DNA of 52,720 bases from positions 1 through 52,720 of the forward strand of contig CAKVBG010000001.1 in the NCBI GenBank assembly GCA_934725345.1. Reading direction: 5' to 3'. Under the pieces are notes generated by a model. It ran no database searches. It saw only the letters and a list, made by a program, of their open reading frames with translations, and was not told the origin of the DNA. The translations under genes and the position numbers were made by a program. How positions within the stretch are numbered: the stretch's first letter is position 1; each line of letters opens with the position of its first letter. This document shows, piece after piece, positions 7,123 to 14,367 of this stretch. Source of the DNA: an uncultured Eubacteriales bacterium. GTDB lineage: Bacteria > Bacillota > Clostridia > Oscillospirales > Acutalibacteraceae.

Positions 7123-7663
7123 TACTTCGTCCTTTCCTTTCTGGTAACTGTGATATTTTGTATGCAAGCTTTACAACCTTATGTTTTAACTTTGTTTCCC
7201 TTCTAAGCATTGCATAATATTTCTTTGGTATATAATCATCAGATTCTAAATAATTACTTATATCATCTACCATAGTTACATAATCAAAAATATAATCGTG
7301 TAACTTTGAATATTCCGAATCATCATTACAACAATCATCATATTTCCATTGTATAGGACATTTTTCACACATATCAAAAACATTTTCTTGACTTGATGAA
7401 TATTCACAACAAAAACAATGTGACATAATTTTTGCACCATAACAATATATACTGGCGTATTCTATTTTTAAACTTTCTACTGCTGTTTTACTTCCTTTTG
7501 CATACTGCTGTGCTATCCATATCCACATTTTTCTATGTTGTAATATTGCAAAATCTTTGTTATTCCTTACTTGACTTAAAAACATATTTTGTTTTTCTTC
7601 TAATGTTGCACATTTCAAAATATCTAAATGATACCGTTTAATAACCTCTGCTGTTAATTCCAT
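7112..7663 (-). CDS. hypothetical Cys-rich protein (183 aa)
   Basis: ATG at 7663 with AAGGAG 7 nt upstream, just after the upstream stop. Contains HCFCCEY, CEKCPIQWKYDDCC. Confidence 0.6.
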   Translation of the reverse strand: MELTAEVIKRYHLDILKCATLEEKQNMFLSQVRNNKDFAILQHRKMWIWIAQQYAKGSKTAVESLKIEYASIYCYGAKIMSHCFCCEYSSSQENVFDMCEKCPIQWKYDDCCNDDSEYSKLHDYIFDYVTMVDDISNYLESDDYIPKKYYAMLRRETKLKHKVVKLAYKISQLPERKGRSNED

Positions 7664-7667
7664 TTGC

Positions 7668-8285
7668 TTACTCCTTCCAAATACCATCATTTACTGTCCA
7701 GTGTCTTATTTCACCTTTCCACCATTTTGTTATGTATTGTTTTCCTCTGGATGATGAAAGATAAACATTATCTTTTAACATTTGTTCTAAATCAAAGTCA
7801 AATAAAAAATGCTCTGACGGATTTGTTCTTCCAATATAACCACGGATTGCACAACCTCGCTGTCTGTTATATTCTCTTATCATTATTAGTTTATATAATT
7901 TTAAATCCGATTCATTTAGCTTTCCATCATATGATATCAAAATTCCTTTTGCATTTATTTGTTTGCTTTTAGCTTTGTTTCTTATTCTTTTTTTATTTCT
8001 TCTTTCTAATTCTTCTGATGTTAATTCATAGTCTCTTTTTAAAATATTTGAAATTCCTTTTGTATCCCATCTTATTCTACCAAAAGTATTTTCTACTCTA
8101 TCATAATAGTCTTTTATTTTATCTTTATTTTTATTTTTATATTCTTTATATCTTATTATTGAACATTTTTTACAATTGCAATTTAATCTATCAATTCTCG
8201 ATAAATCTTTTCCAAACATTTCTATTGGTAATTCCCTTTTACACTTACTACAAACTTTTGTTCCCTTTTCAAAATCTGCTTTCAT
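7668..8285 (-). CDS. hypothetical zinc-finger protein (205 aa)
   Basis: ATG at 8285 with a GGAGAG SD. N-terminal CSKCKRELPIEMFGKD...CNCKKCS, followed by a basic central region. Confidence 0.6.
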   Translation of the reverse strand: MKADFEKGTKVCSKCKRELPIEMFGKDLSRIDRLNCNCKKCSIIRYKEYKNKNKDKIKDYYDRVENTFGRIRWDTKGISNILKRDYELTSEELERRNKKRIRNKAKSKQINAKGILISYDGKLNESDLKLYKLIMIREYNRQRGCAIRGYIGRTNPSEHFLFDFDLEQMLKDNVYLSSSRGKQYITKWWKGEIRHWTVNDGIWKE

Positions 8286-8288
8286 TTC

Positions 8289-8519
8289 TTAACTCTCCAT
8301 CAATTCTTCTATGCACTCTTTTAGATGTTTACATCCTCTACAATTACTTAGTTTGCATTTTTTACAACTACTTGCAATACAATACTTTGACCCAACAAAT
8401 TTACACAAAAATTGGTCGCATCCATTTTTTATAAACTTATCAATTGATTTTGAATCTTCATCTATTTGTTTATGTTCTGCTTCATATTTATCAATAAACA
8501 CATCCCAGTTAATCATCAT
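8289..8519 (-). CDS. hypothetical Cys-rich small protein (76 aa)
   Basis: ATG at 8519/8516 follows an AGGTG SD. Contains CASSCKKCKLSNCRGCKHLKEC. Confidence 0.55.
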   Translation of the reverse strand: MMINWDVFIDKYEAEHKQIDEDSKSIDKFIKNGCDQFLCKFVGSKYCIASSCKKCKLSNCRGCKHLKECIEELMES

Positions 8520-8524
8520 TACAC

Positions 8525-8737
8525 CTACCATTTACAATATACATCAATGTTATCTCCATTTACTAAATGTACACAATACCAATGCGCTGATGTATAATAA
8601 CCAGACATCCCACAATCTTCCATTTCTTCAACAAATTCACTTTCCTCAAGTGCTTCATACTGTTCATCTGTAATAATTTCTCCGTTCATTTCCTTAATTG
8701 CTTCAATTGCTAAATTCTTCATTTTGTTTAACTTCAT
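8525..8737 (-). CDS. hypothetical acidic small protein (70 aa)
   Basis: ATG at 8737 with a GGAGG SD. First gene after promoter 8780-8808. Confidence 0.6.
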   Translation of the reverse strand: MKLNKMKNLAIEAIKEMNGEIITDEQYEALEESEFVEEMEDCGMSGYYTSAHWYCVHLVNGDNIDVYCKW

Positions 8738-8779
8738 AACTTTGTACCTCCAACCTTTTGTTTTCTTGTTTGTAACTAT

Positions 8780-8808
8780 ATATTAACACAACATAATATA
8801 ATTGTCAA
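8780..8808 (-). promoter_or_regulatory. sigma-A/sigma-70-type promoter
   Basis: TTGACA(8808-8803)-attatattatgttgtgt-TAATAT(8785-8780). Confidence 0.75.
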
Positions 8809-8996
8809 TAGTAAATTTAATAAATTTAGAAATAACTATTTGTAAAATATTTTAATTTATTTGTATAACATACTAATCACATTACATGTGTTATATATTA
8901 CTGTGTTTATTCTGTTCATGTTTATTCACTATGTTCATAAACATTTACTTATCCCTTTTAAGAAAGAAATATATAAAGAAAGAAAATTCCCCCCCC

Positions 8997-9590
8997 TTAT
9001 TCTAATAAATCATGATATTTGTAATCTTCATAATTTCCATCTTTTCTTTTATATATTATCTTGTTATACACTAATGTTTTTATCAGTCTTTCCTGCATCA
9101 AATCTAAAAACAAATCATTTATATAGTTTCTTTTTATGTTTTTATATGTTTTAAAATCCCTTTTTACAAGTTTTGTTATAATTTCATCCACTTCTAAATC
9201 TTCATAAACTCTACAACCTTTTGCAAAAAAGTTTTTGCCAAATATATCTTTATGTCCACCACAAACAAAACATTTATAATGGATTGACTGTTCTAACGCT
9301 TTATATATTGTTACGCCTTTAGAACCACTCCAAAACTTTATGTTATATACGTTTGATATCGTCCATAACTTTCCATCTTCTACATATCCATCACCAACAG
9401 TGCACTCATAATATATTGGTTTTCCACTACTGTCTGTATGAATAATACCATTTATCATGCATATATCATTATGTTTTCTATAGTACTCTTTTAGCAATGG
9501 TGTTATTGTTCTGTATATTTTACTTTTCCTCTGCATCTGTTTTGCATATATCTCATACTCTTCTAATGTTTTTCCTGTAAATCTTTCCAT
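8997..9590 (-). CDS. hypothetical protein (197 aa)
   Basis: ATG at 9590 with a GGAGG SD. No motif recognised. Confidence 0.6.
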   Translation of the reverse strand: MERFTGKTLEEYEIYAKQMQRKSKIYRTITPLLKEYYRKHNDICMINGIIHTDSSGKPIYYECTVGDGYVEDGKLWTISNVYNIKFWSGSKGVTIYKALEQSIHYKCFVCGGHKDIFGKNFFAKGCRVYEDLEVDEIITKLVKRDFKTYKNIKRNYINDLFLDLMQERLIKTLVYNKIIYKRKDGNYEDYKYHDLLE

Positions 9591-9689
9591 ATAATACCTC
9601 CATAATCTCCTATTTATAGCCTATTTTCAATTTTTATTCTTTCAGCTATGATTTATACATTTACAAGTGTAATTCCTTTAAAAAGCATT

Positions 9690-9926
9690 TTAGAGCTTCA
9701 TTCCATTTTTCATGCACCTTTTGTTTTTACCACTTTTGTTATAGTATTTATCTTTTTGTATAAATGCTTTTTCACTGTATTTTTCTAAATGCACACAATG
9801 TTTCAATATACACTGCCTTTGTTTTACTAACTCTTTATTTAGTTCCCCTTTATGTTCTTTGTAGTGGCAGTAACCTATGCTGTTATTTATTATGTTTCCT
9901 TCAATAGAGAGTCCTTTTTTATACAT
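9690..9926 (-). CDS. hypothetical small protein (78 aa)
   Basis: The second ATG (9926) has the better spacing to the GGAGGA SD. Cys/His-containing. Confidence 0.5.
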   Translation of the reverse strand: MYKKGLSIEGNIINNSIGYCHYKEHKGELNKELVKQRQCILKHCVHLEKYSEKAFIQKDKYYNKSGKNKRCMKNGMKL

Positions 9927-9993
9927 ATACATTCCTCCTACCTTTATAATATGCCCTATAATGCGCCTATTTAACGATTTAAAGCACTTTTAT

Positions 9994-10022
9994 ATTATAA
10001 CCCTATAAATATATAAATGCAA
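9994..10022 (-). promoter_or_regulatory. sigma-A/sigma-70-type promoter
   Basis: TTGCAT(10022-10017)-ttatatatttatagggt-TATAAT(9999-9994). Confidence 0.65.
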
Positions 10023-10043
10023 GTATAAAAGCTTTAAAAGGGC

Positions 10044-10072
10044 AAATAAAAAGGACAGCTATAAAGCCGCCC
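10044..10072 (-). terminator. intrinsic terminator after ruvC
   Basis: Minus RNA: GGGCGGC-uuuaua-GCUGUCC (7 bp including two G-U pairs that form only on this strand), followed by UUUUUAUUU. Confidence 0.65.
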
Positions 10073-10695
10073 TAAAAACATTCCTCCTTTAATTTCTGCA
10101 TACTAGGATGTAAAAAACCATAACTAGCAATACAATATGCATCTGCTATATCATCATTTATTTTACAAGGTGTTTTAATACCATTTATTCTAACATTCAC
10201 AATACCCTTTTTACCTTTACCGTTATATGGTTCTACAAAGTATTTTAATAAGCCTAACATTCTTAACTTTTCTATGGTAGGATATTTGTTTGGGTTAATA
10301 CCATATTTGTTTTCTTTAGGACTATTGCTCCCAACTATTTGTGTTTTCCAACTGTTAGTTGCTACTGAATATACTGCAATACCATATGCACGAAATACAT
10401 CTATTATAGTTGCTACAAGACTGCCTGTTGTTATTAAATATTGTGTAGACATATGACCGCCACTAAACGTTCTAATTCGCTCTATAATGCATTTTATTTC
10501 TTCTTCCTTATAATCTTTAAGCAAGCTTTCTAAAATAGCAGATAACGTCCTTTTAAGTGCCCTACGTTTAGCGGTATTGTTTTTACATCCTTTGAAATCT
10601 ATACTCTGCATAAGTAATGGTTCACGCATATGTTTTAATACTGCTATTCCTGTGCGTGTGTAACTTTCGTCTATTCCTATTACTATTTTAGCCAT
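10072..10695 (-). CDS. ruvC: RuvC-like Holliday junction resolvase
   Basis: MAKIVIGIDESYTRTGIAVL (catalytic D), IIERIR (E) and NDDIADAYCIASYG (D-D) give the RuvC/RNase H-fold pattern. GGAGG SD. Confidence 0.75.
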   Translation of the reverse strand: MAKIVIGIDESYTRTGIAVLKHMREPLLMQSIDFKGCKNNTAKRRALKRTLSAILESLLKDYKEEEIKCIIERIRTFSGGHMSTQYLITTGSLVATIIDVFRAYGIAVYSVATNSWKTQIVGSNSPKENKYGINPNKYPTIEKLRMLGLLKYFVEPYNGKGKKGIVNVRINGIKTPCKINDDIADAYCIASYGFLHPSMQKLKEECF

Positions 10696-10698
10696 ACT

Positions 10699-11469
10699 TT
10701 ACCTCCTTCCTAAAATATCTTGGTTGTGGAAAAATCTTCTTAATGTCCATACTTCTGAAAACCATATAGGGGTAAACCATATACTTTCTATATCATCTGG
10801 TAAAACTGGCTCTGGTTTCATAAGCGTATTTCCGTGTATCACATATCCTGCCAATCCATGCAATGCAAGCTGAATATAACACATATGTACACAAGTAATA
10901 TCTATATCCTGCCCTACAAAATACACATGGTTTTGGTAATTGTATTTATGGAACATACTCTTGCATAGTTCACTCGCACTTATAAGGGTTGCTCCTGCTC
11001 CACATGCAGGGTCATATATGCTTGTATATCCCTGTTTGTGTACTGTTTTACCTAACTGTTTCCTTTCGATTAAAACATTTGCCATAGCTTCACAAACACT
11101 ATATGGTGTAAAGAACTGCCCTGCGTGTTTATTTGATATTTCAAGCTCCATAAATAAACTGCCTAATAAATCTTGGTTTGGTCTACGCTGTAGTTCTTCA
11201 AAAAGTAATGCAAACATCTGCGGGAAAAGCTTCTGCTCTTTTTTATCATAGCTATTTATGATACGCATATATTCCTTTTCTCGCCCCGTATATACGCTTT
11301 TAAAGGGTTCTTCTTTTGCTAGTGGTAAAATACTTGTATTAGCTAATGTAATGGCAAATAAAGCCATACAATCGCCCCATACAGTATAAGGAGATTTACT
11401 ATTACATAACATTTTAAAACCATTCATAAACCTTTTCTTATAATCAGATTCTATTTTTGCTTTAACCAT
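10699..11469 (-). CDS. HsdM/N6-adenine methyltransferase-like SAM-binding protein lacking catalytic motif IV
   Basis: AGQFFTPYSV, motif I IYDPACGAGATL, VGQDID and HGNTL follow the type I HsdM order, but the protein ends 45 aa later with no NPPF/NPPY/DPPY. The start at 11469 vs 11478 is ambiguous. Confidence 0.6.
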   Translation of the reverse strand: MVKAKIESDYKKRFMNGFKMLCNSKSPYTVWGDCMALFAITLANTSILPLAKEEPFKSVYTGREKEYMRIINSYDKKEQKLFPQMFALLFEELQRRPNQDLLGSLFMELEISNKHAGQFFTPYSVCEAMANVLIERKQLGKTVHKQGYTSIYDPACGAGATLISASELCKSMFHKYNYQNHVYFVGQDIDITCVHMCYIQLALHGLAGYVIHGNTLMKPEPVLPDDIESIWFTPIWFSEVWTLRRFFHNQDILGRR

Positions 11470-11849
11470 TTTATACATTCTCCCTTTTCTGTAAATACTG
11501 GATAACAGTCAATTCTGCTTCCCCTATAGCCTGTGTTTATGTTTGCATTTAAACAATTAAAAATGCTCATATATTTGTTTTGCAATTCTTTTTTACCACA
11601 CACAATCTTTTGTTTTTCAAACCTATATAATGTTTCATTCTTTCTTACAATAATTTCTTTTACTGTACATAGAAATACAATGTTTGCTTTATTTCCTTCC
11701 CTTTTGCTTTTAAACACCAAAAATACTTCCTGTTCTGGTTCTAATTCTAAATATGCTTTTCTCACTGTTTTCTTACACTCCTTTGTTTCGCACTCCATAC
11801 AATCTAAATATGTTACTTTTAATTTATATGCTTTACAATATTTAGACAT
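11451..11849 (-). CDS. hypothetical protein (132 aa)
   Basis: ATG at 11849 with an AAGGAG SD. N-terminal CKAYKLKVTYLDCMECETKEC. Confidence 0.6.
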   Translation of the reverse strand: MSKYCKAYKLKVTYLDCMECETKECKKTVRKAYLELEPEQEVFLVFKSKREGNKANIVFLCTVKEIIVRKNETLYRFEKQKIVCGKKELQNKYMSIFNCLNANINTGYRGSRIDCYPVFTEKGECIKWLKQK

Positions 11850-11875
11850 TTTGTTTTTCTCCTTTTGTTTTGTTT

Positions 11876-11905
11876 ATTATAACACAAAAGGGTTGCAAAA
11901 AGCAA
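11876..11905 (-). promoter_or_regulatory. sigma-A-type promoter overlapping a terminator hairpin
   Basis: TTGCTT(11905-11900)-N18-TATAAT(11881-11876) with a TGt extended -10. The -35 lies within hairpin 11890-11908. Confidence 0.5.
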
Positions 11906-11908
11906 CCC
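11884..11908 (-). terminator. intrinsic terminator after the Cas4-like nuclease gene
   Basis: Minus RNA: GGGUUGC-uuuuu-GCAACCC followed by UUUUGUGUU. Confidence 0.65.
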
Positions 11909-12760
11909 CTAAATTCTTTCCTTTGATTTTTTGTAGCATACTTCACGCATTGGACATTCCTGTGCTTTTTTACAACTATAACCAGTGCATTTTGTGTGCC
12001 GTCCTACCATTTTATGTTTCTTTAGTAACCTTTGCTTGTATTCCTGTATTTGTTCTAATCTCCGTATGTATGGTGCTATCTCACTAGGATTGTACTCATA
12101 TTTGTATACTTTAAATTCCTGTGTATTTTTATCATCACATAAAACAATTCCTTTGTGGATTCCTGTTAAATACATATAAAGCTGGCACTGTTTTCTTCCA
12201 CTTGCATGGTATTTCTGTTTCTTAAATGTAAATGTATTAACGCTTTTAATTTCTACCACATAGGGTTCTTTAGGTACACTATCATCATATACGCTTGAAA
12301 GCTTCATATCGACTGGTAGAGCGCATATAATATCAGGGGTATATGATAAGTCATATTCATCAGCAAAGCGGCTAAAATCGCAATCTAAGGGCTTACACAA
12401 GCCACCCCTGATAAATAGCCTTTGCCATTTCTCATGTATTGCATCACCTTCACTGAATATACGCTTTAAACCTATTGGTGTTTGTTCTCCTTGTAACTGT
12501 TTATAGAAAAGGGATAATAATTGTTGCCTATAACAGAATTTATCATCTGACACAATAACAGCACTTGCGTGTAGACCTTTCCTTTCCTGTGTTTCTGCTC
12601 CACGTGTCATTACGCTTTTAAGAAATTTTAATTCTTCTGGAATATTTTTGTCTAAATAAAAAAGATTGTTTAATAGTTCTTCTATGTCACGTTCTTCTGA
12701 TGTTTGTAGCTTTGTTCCTGTTTGTATTGCATCCCTCTTTATATCTTCTAAGATTCCCAT
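11909..12760 (-). CDS. Cas4/RecB-family PD-(D/E)XK exonuclease with a C-terminal Cys cluster
   Basis: TPDIIC (D), YVVEIKSV (E-x-K), QCQLYMYL (QxxxY) and C-terminal CTGYSCKKAQECPMREVC (Fe-S-type cluster). Confidence 0.65.
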   Translation of the reverse strand: MGILEDIKRDAIQTGTKLQTSEERDIEELLNNLFYLDKNIPEELKFLKSVMTRGAETQERKGLHASAVIVSDDKFCYRQQLLSLFYKQLQGEQTPIGLKRIFSEGDAIHEKWQRLFIRGGLCKPLDCDFSRFADEYDLSYTPDIICALPVDMKLSSVYDDSVPKEPYVVEIKSVNTFTFKKQKYHASGRKQCQLYMYLTGIHKGIVLCDDKNTQEFKVYKYEYNPSEIAPYIRRLEQIQEYKQRLLKKHKMVGRHTKCTGYSCKKAQECPMREVCYKKSKERI

Positions 12761-12933
12761 TTTATACCACCTTCCTCCTGTTCTACAATGTGAATTGAAA
12801 TAATGTCTTTCTTTTCATGTCCAGTATCACAGAACCTTTTTATACATTCTTCTTTGTTTAATGCATAACAGAAGAATCTGTGTTCTGTGATACTTTCAAC
12901 TTTCCTTTGAAATACAATACAATAGAATATCAC
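12748..12933 (-). CDS. hypothetical small protein (61 aa, GTG start)
   Basis: GTG at 12933 overlaps the recA TGA (GTGA coupling). No internal ATG is available. Confidence 0.45.
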   Translation of the reverse strand: MIFYCIVFQRKVESITEHRFFCYALNKEECIKRFCDTGHEKKDIISIHIVEQEEGGIKWES

Positions 12934-13853
12934 TGTAGCATTTCCTTGTATTTCTTTTTATGTTCTTCCATTATTTCTTTACGCACATTGTCAAGGTCTG
13001 CAAAATCTACAAAACCACGTTCATAGAATAAAGGAATTTCGCAACTTTGCATTGGTGGGCATATCTTACTCTTTACAACTTTAACTTTCATTATCATTCC
13101 AATACGTTCTTTTGTTTCTGTGTTAAATGGGTTGTGGTTTGGTATCTCAATATAACCTTTACGTGCTACCTGTATTCTTAACGAACAACTATGTTTTAAC
13201 TTATGCCCTCCGGGTGTTTGTATATTATCACCAAAAGGTAATGCGTTCATTTTATCACGTATCTGGTTTATAAATATAACTGTTGTTCCTGTTTGTTCTA
13301 TAACATCTTCTAATGTAGGTAAATACTTATCCATAAGCCTTGCTACACCACCTATACGCATTTCAGACTCGCTATCTGTATTTACTGCTTTTCTGATTTT
13401 TTCTACATCTTCTTTTGGTTGCATTGATGGTACGCTATCTATCACTATTAAAGGAATCCCTTCTTCTGCAAAACGTATTGCTCTGTTAAATGCTTTCTCT
13501 CCGTACCTAGCACGATATATTAGCATCTGCTTCTTTTTATTGCCAAAAAGCTCTGCACGACTTTTATCGAACGTTCCTTCAATTGGTATGTCCAAACACA
13601 TTTCATGCTGTGCGCACATCTGGTAGGCAAGCGTTGTTTTACCTGCACTTTCAGCACCAAATATCTCAACTGTTCTACCGCATGGCATACCACCACCAAT
13701 AATATTATCAAGGTCTGCTAACCCTGTGCTCCATCTTGGTATATCTAAGATTTCACTTTTACTTCCTAAACTGTAAACACTACCTTGTTCTTTCTTGTCT
13801 ATTTCATTGCATAAACGCAAGATACCTTCTTTATTAAATCCTTTGCTCTTCAT
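12930..13853 (-). CDS. recA: RecA-family recombinase
   Basis: LDNIIGGGMPCGRTVEIFGAESAGKTTLAYQM (Walker A), LIVIDSV (Walker B) and VIFINQIRDKMNALPFGDNIQTPGGHKLKHSCSLRI closely parallel bacterial RecA. Confidence 0.85.
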   Translation of the reverse strand: MKSKGFNKEGILRLCNEIDKKEQGSVYSLGSKSEILDIPRWSTGLADLDNIIGGGMPCGRTVEIFGAESAGKTTLAYQMCAQHEMCLDIPIEGTFDKSRAELFGNKKKQMLIYRARYGEKAFNRAIRFAEEGIPLIVIDSVPSMQPKEDVEKIRKAVNTDSESEMRIGGVARLMDKYLPTLEDVIEQTGTTVIFINQIRDKMNALPFGDNIQTPGGHKLKHSCSLRIQVARKGYIEIPNHNPFNTETKERIGMIMKVKVVKSKICPPMQSCEIPLFYERGFVDFADLDNVRKEIMEEHKKKYKEMLQ

Positions 13854-14361
13854 TAGTATTGCCCCCTAACGCTGTATTTGCCATTTTAAGCCACTTTCTA
13901 AGAGTGATACATATATTTATATACCTACTTGGTATTTGCTCTGAATATGGCTTATTATCAGCTTCTTCTACAAGTTCATCAAATTTATTTAAATACCATT
14001 CTGCTTTCTTTAAATCTTCTACACCATTCTTGCCTTTATAACGCCATAAATATTTATATGCATTTATTGTACAGTATTTAGCTAAATCTTTTGTCCCGAA
14101 TGTTGCCTGCATTGCATCTATACATTCTATAGAACAACTATTTGCATAATGAGCTGGGTGATTTACATTATCTTTTTTAACCATTTTGTTCCCAAATATA
14201 TGCTTTTTATAAAAGTCACAACCAAAAATATCCTCCACCACAGCTACACAGCCACTATTCATACATTCAAGCGCAACAACTTCAAATTTACCATTTTTGT
14301 TTTCTGTTATTTCCTTGCAATACTCACAGCTACTGCATCTTCTATAATTTTCAAAATACAT
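13834..14361 (-). CDS. DUF3310-like phage protein with an N-terminal Cys-rich extension
   Basis: NHPAHYANSCSIECIDAM...INAYKYLWRYKGKNGVEDLKKAEWYL matches the HY..E.ID...KY..R...K...DL.KA.WY signature as I recall it. Confidence 0.55.
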   Translation of the reverse strand: MYFENYRRCSSCEYCKEITENKNGKFEVVALECMNSGCVAVVEDIFGCDFYKKHIFGNKMVKKDNVNHPAHYANSCSIECIDAMQATFGTKDLAKYCTINAYKYLWRYKGKNGVEDLKKAEWYLNKFDELVEEADNKPYSEQIPSRYINICITLRKWLKMANTALGGNTNEEQRI

Positions 14362-14367
14362 CTCTTA

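Noticed and set aside
7668-8285. Calling the 205-aa zinc-finger protein an HNH or homing endonuclease
   Set aside because: The N-terminal CxxC…CxxC with the 'ELPIEMF' pattern is reminiscent of homing-endonuclease-associated fingers, but no HNH, GIY-YIG or LAGLIDADG catalytic motif is visible.
8809-8996. 188-nt non-coding stretch with a C7 run (8991-8997) and the repeat ttctttctt-tatata-ttctttctt on the minus strand, considered as an origin or phase-variable tract
   Set aside because: There are no iteron-like multi-copy repeats and no inverted repeats of note. The poly-C abuts the stop codon at 8997-8999 rather than sitting inside a reading frame. There is too little structure to support a call.
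13520-13711. Minus-strand alternative-frame ORFs nested inside larger genes (13520-13711, 4603-4809, 17853-18047, 20332-20544, 35480-35740, 44271-44465)
   Set aside because: Each is fully embedded in a well-supported gene (recA, the HeH protein gene, the SSB gene, 20039-20755, the capsid gene, the BNR protein gene) in another frame. None has an SD, and their composition is K/R/Q-rich and typical of off-frame reading of A-rich codons.
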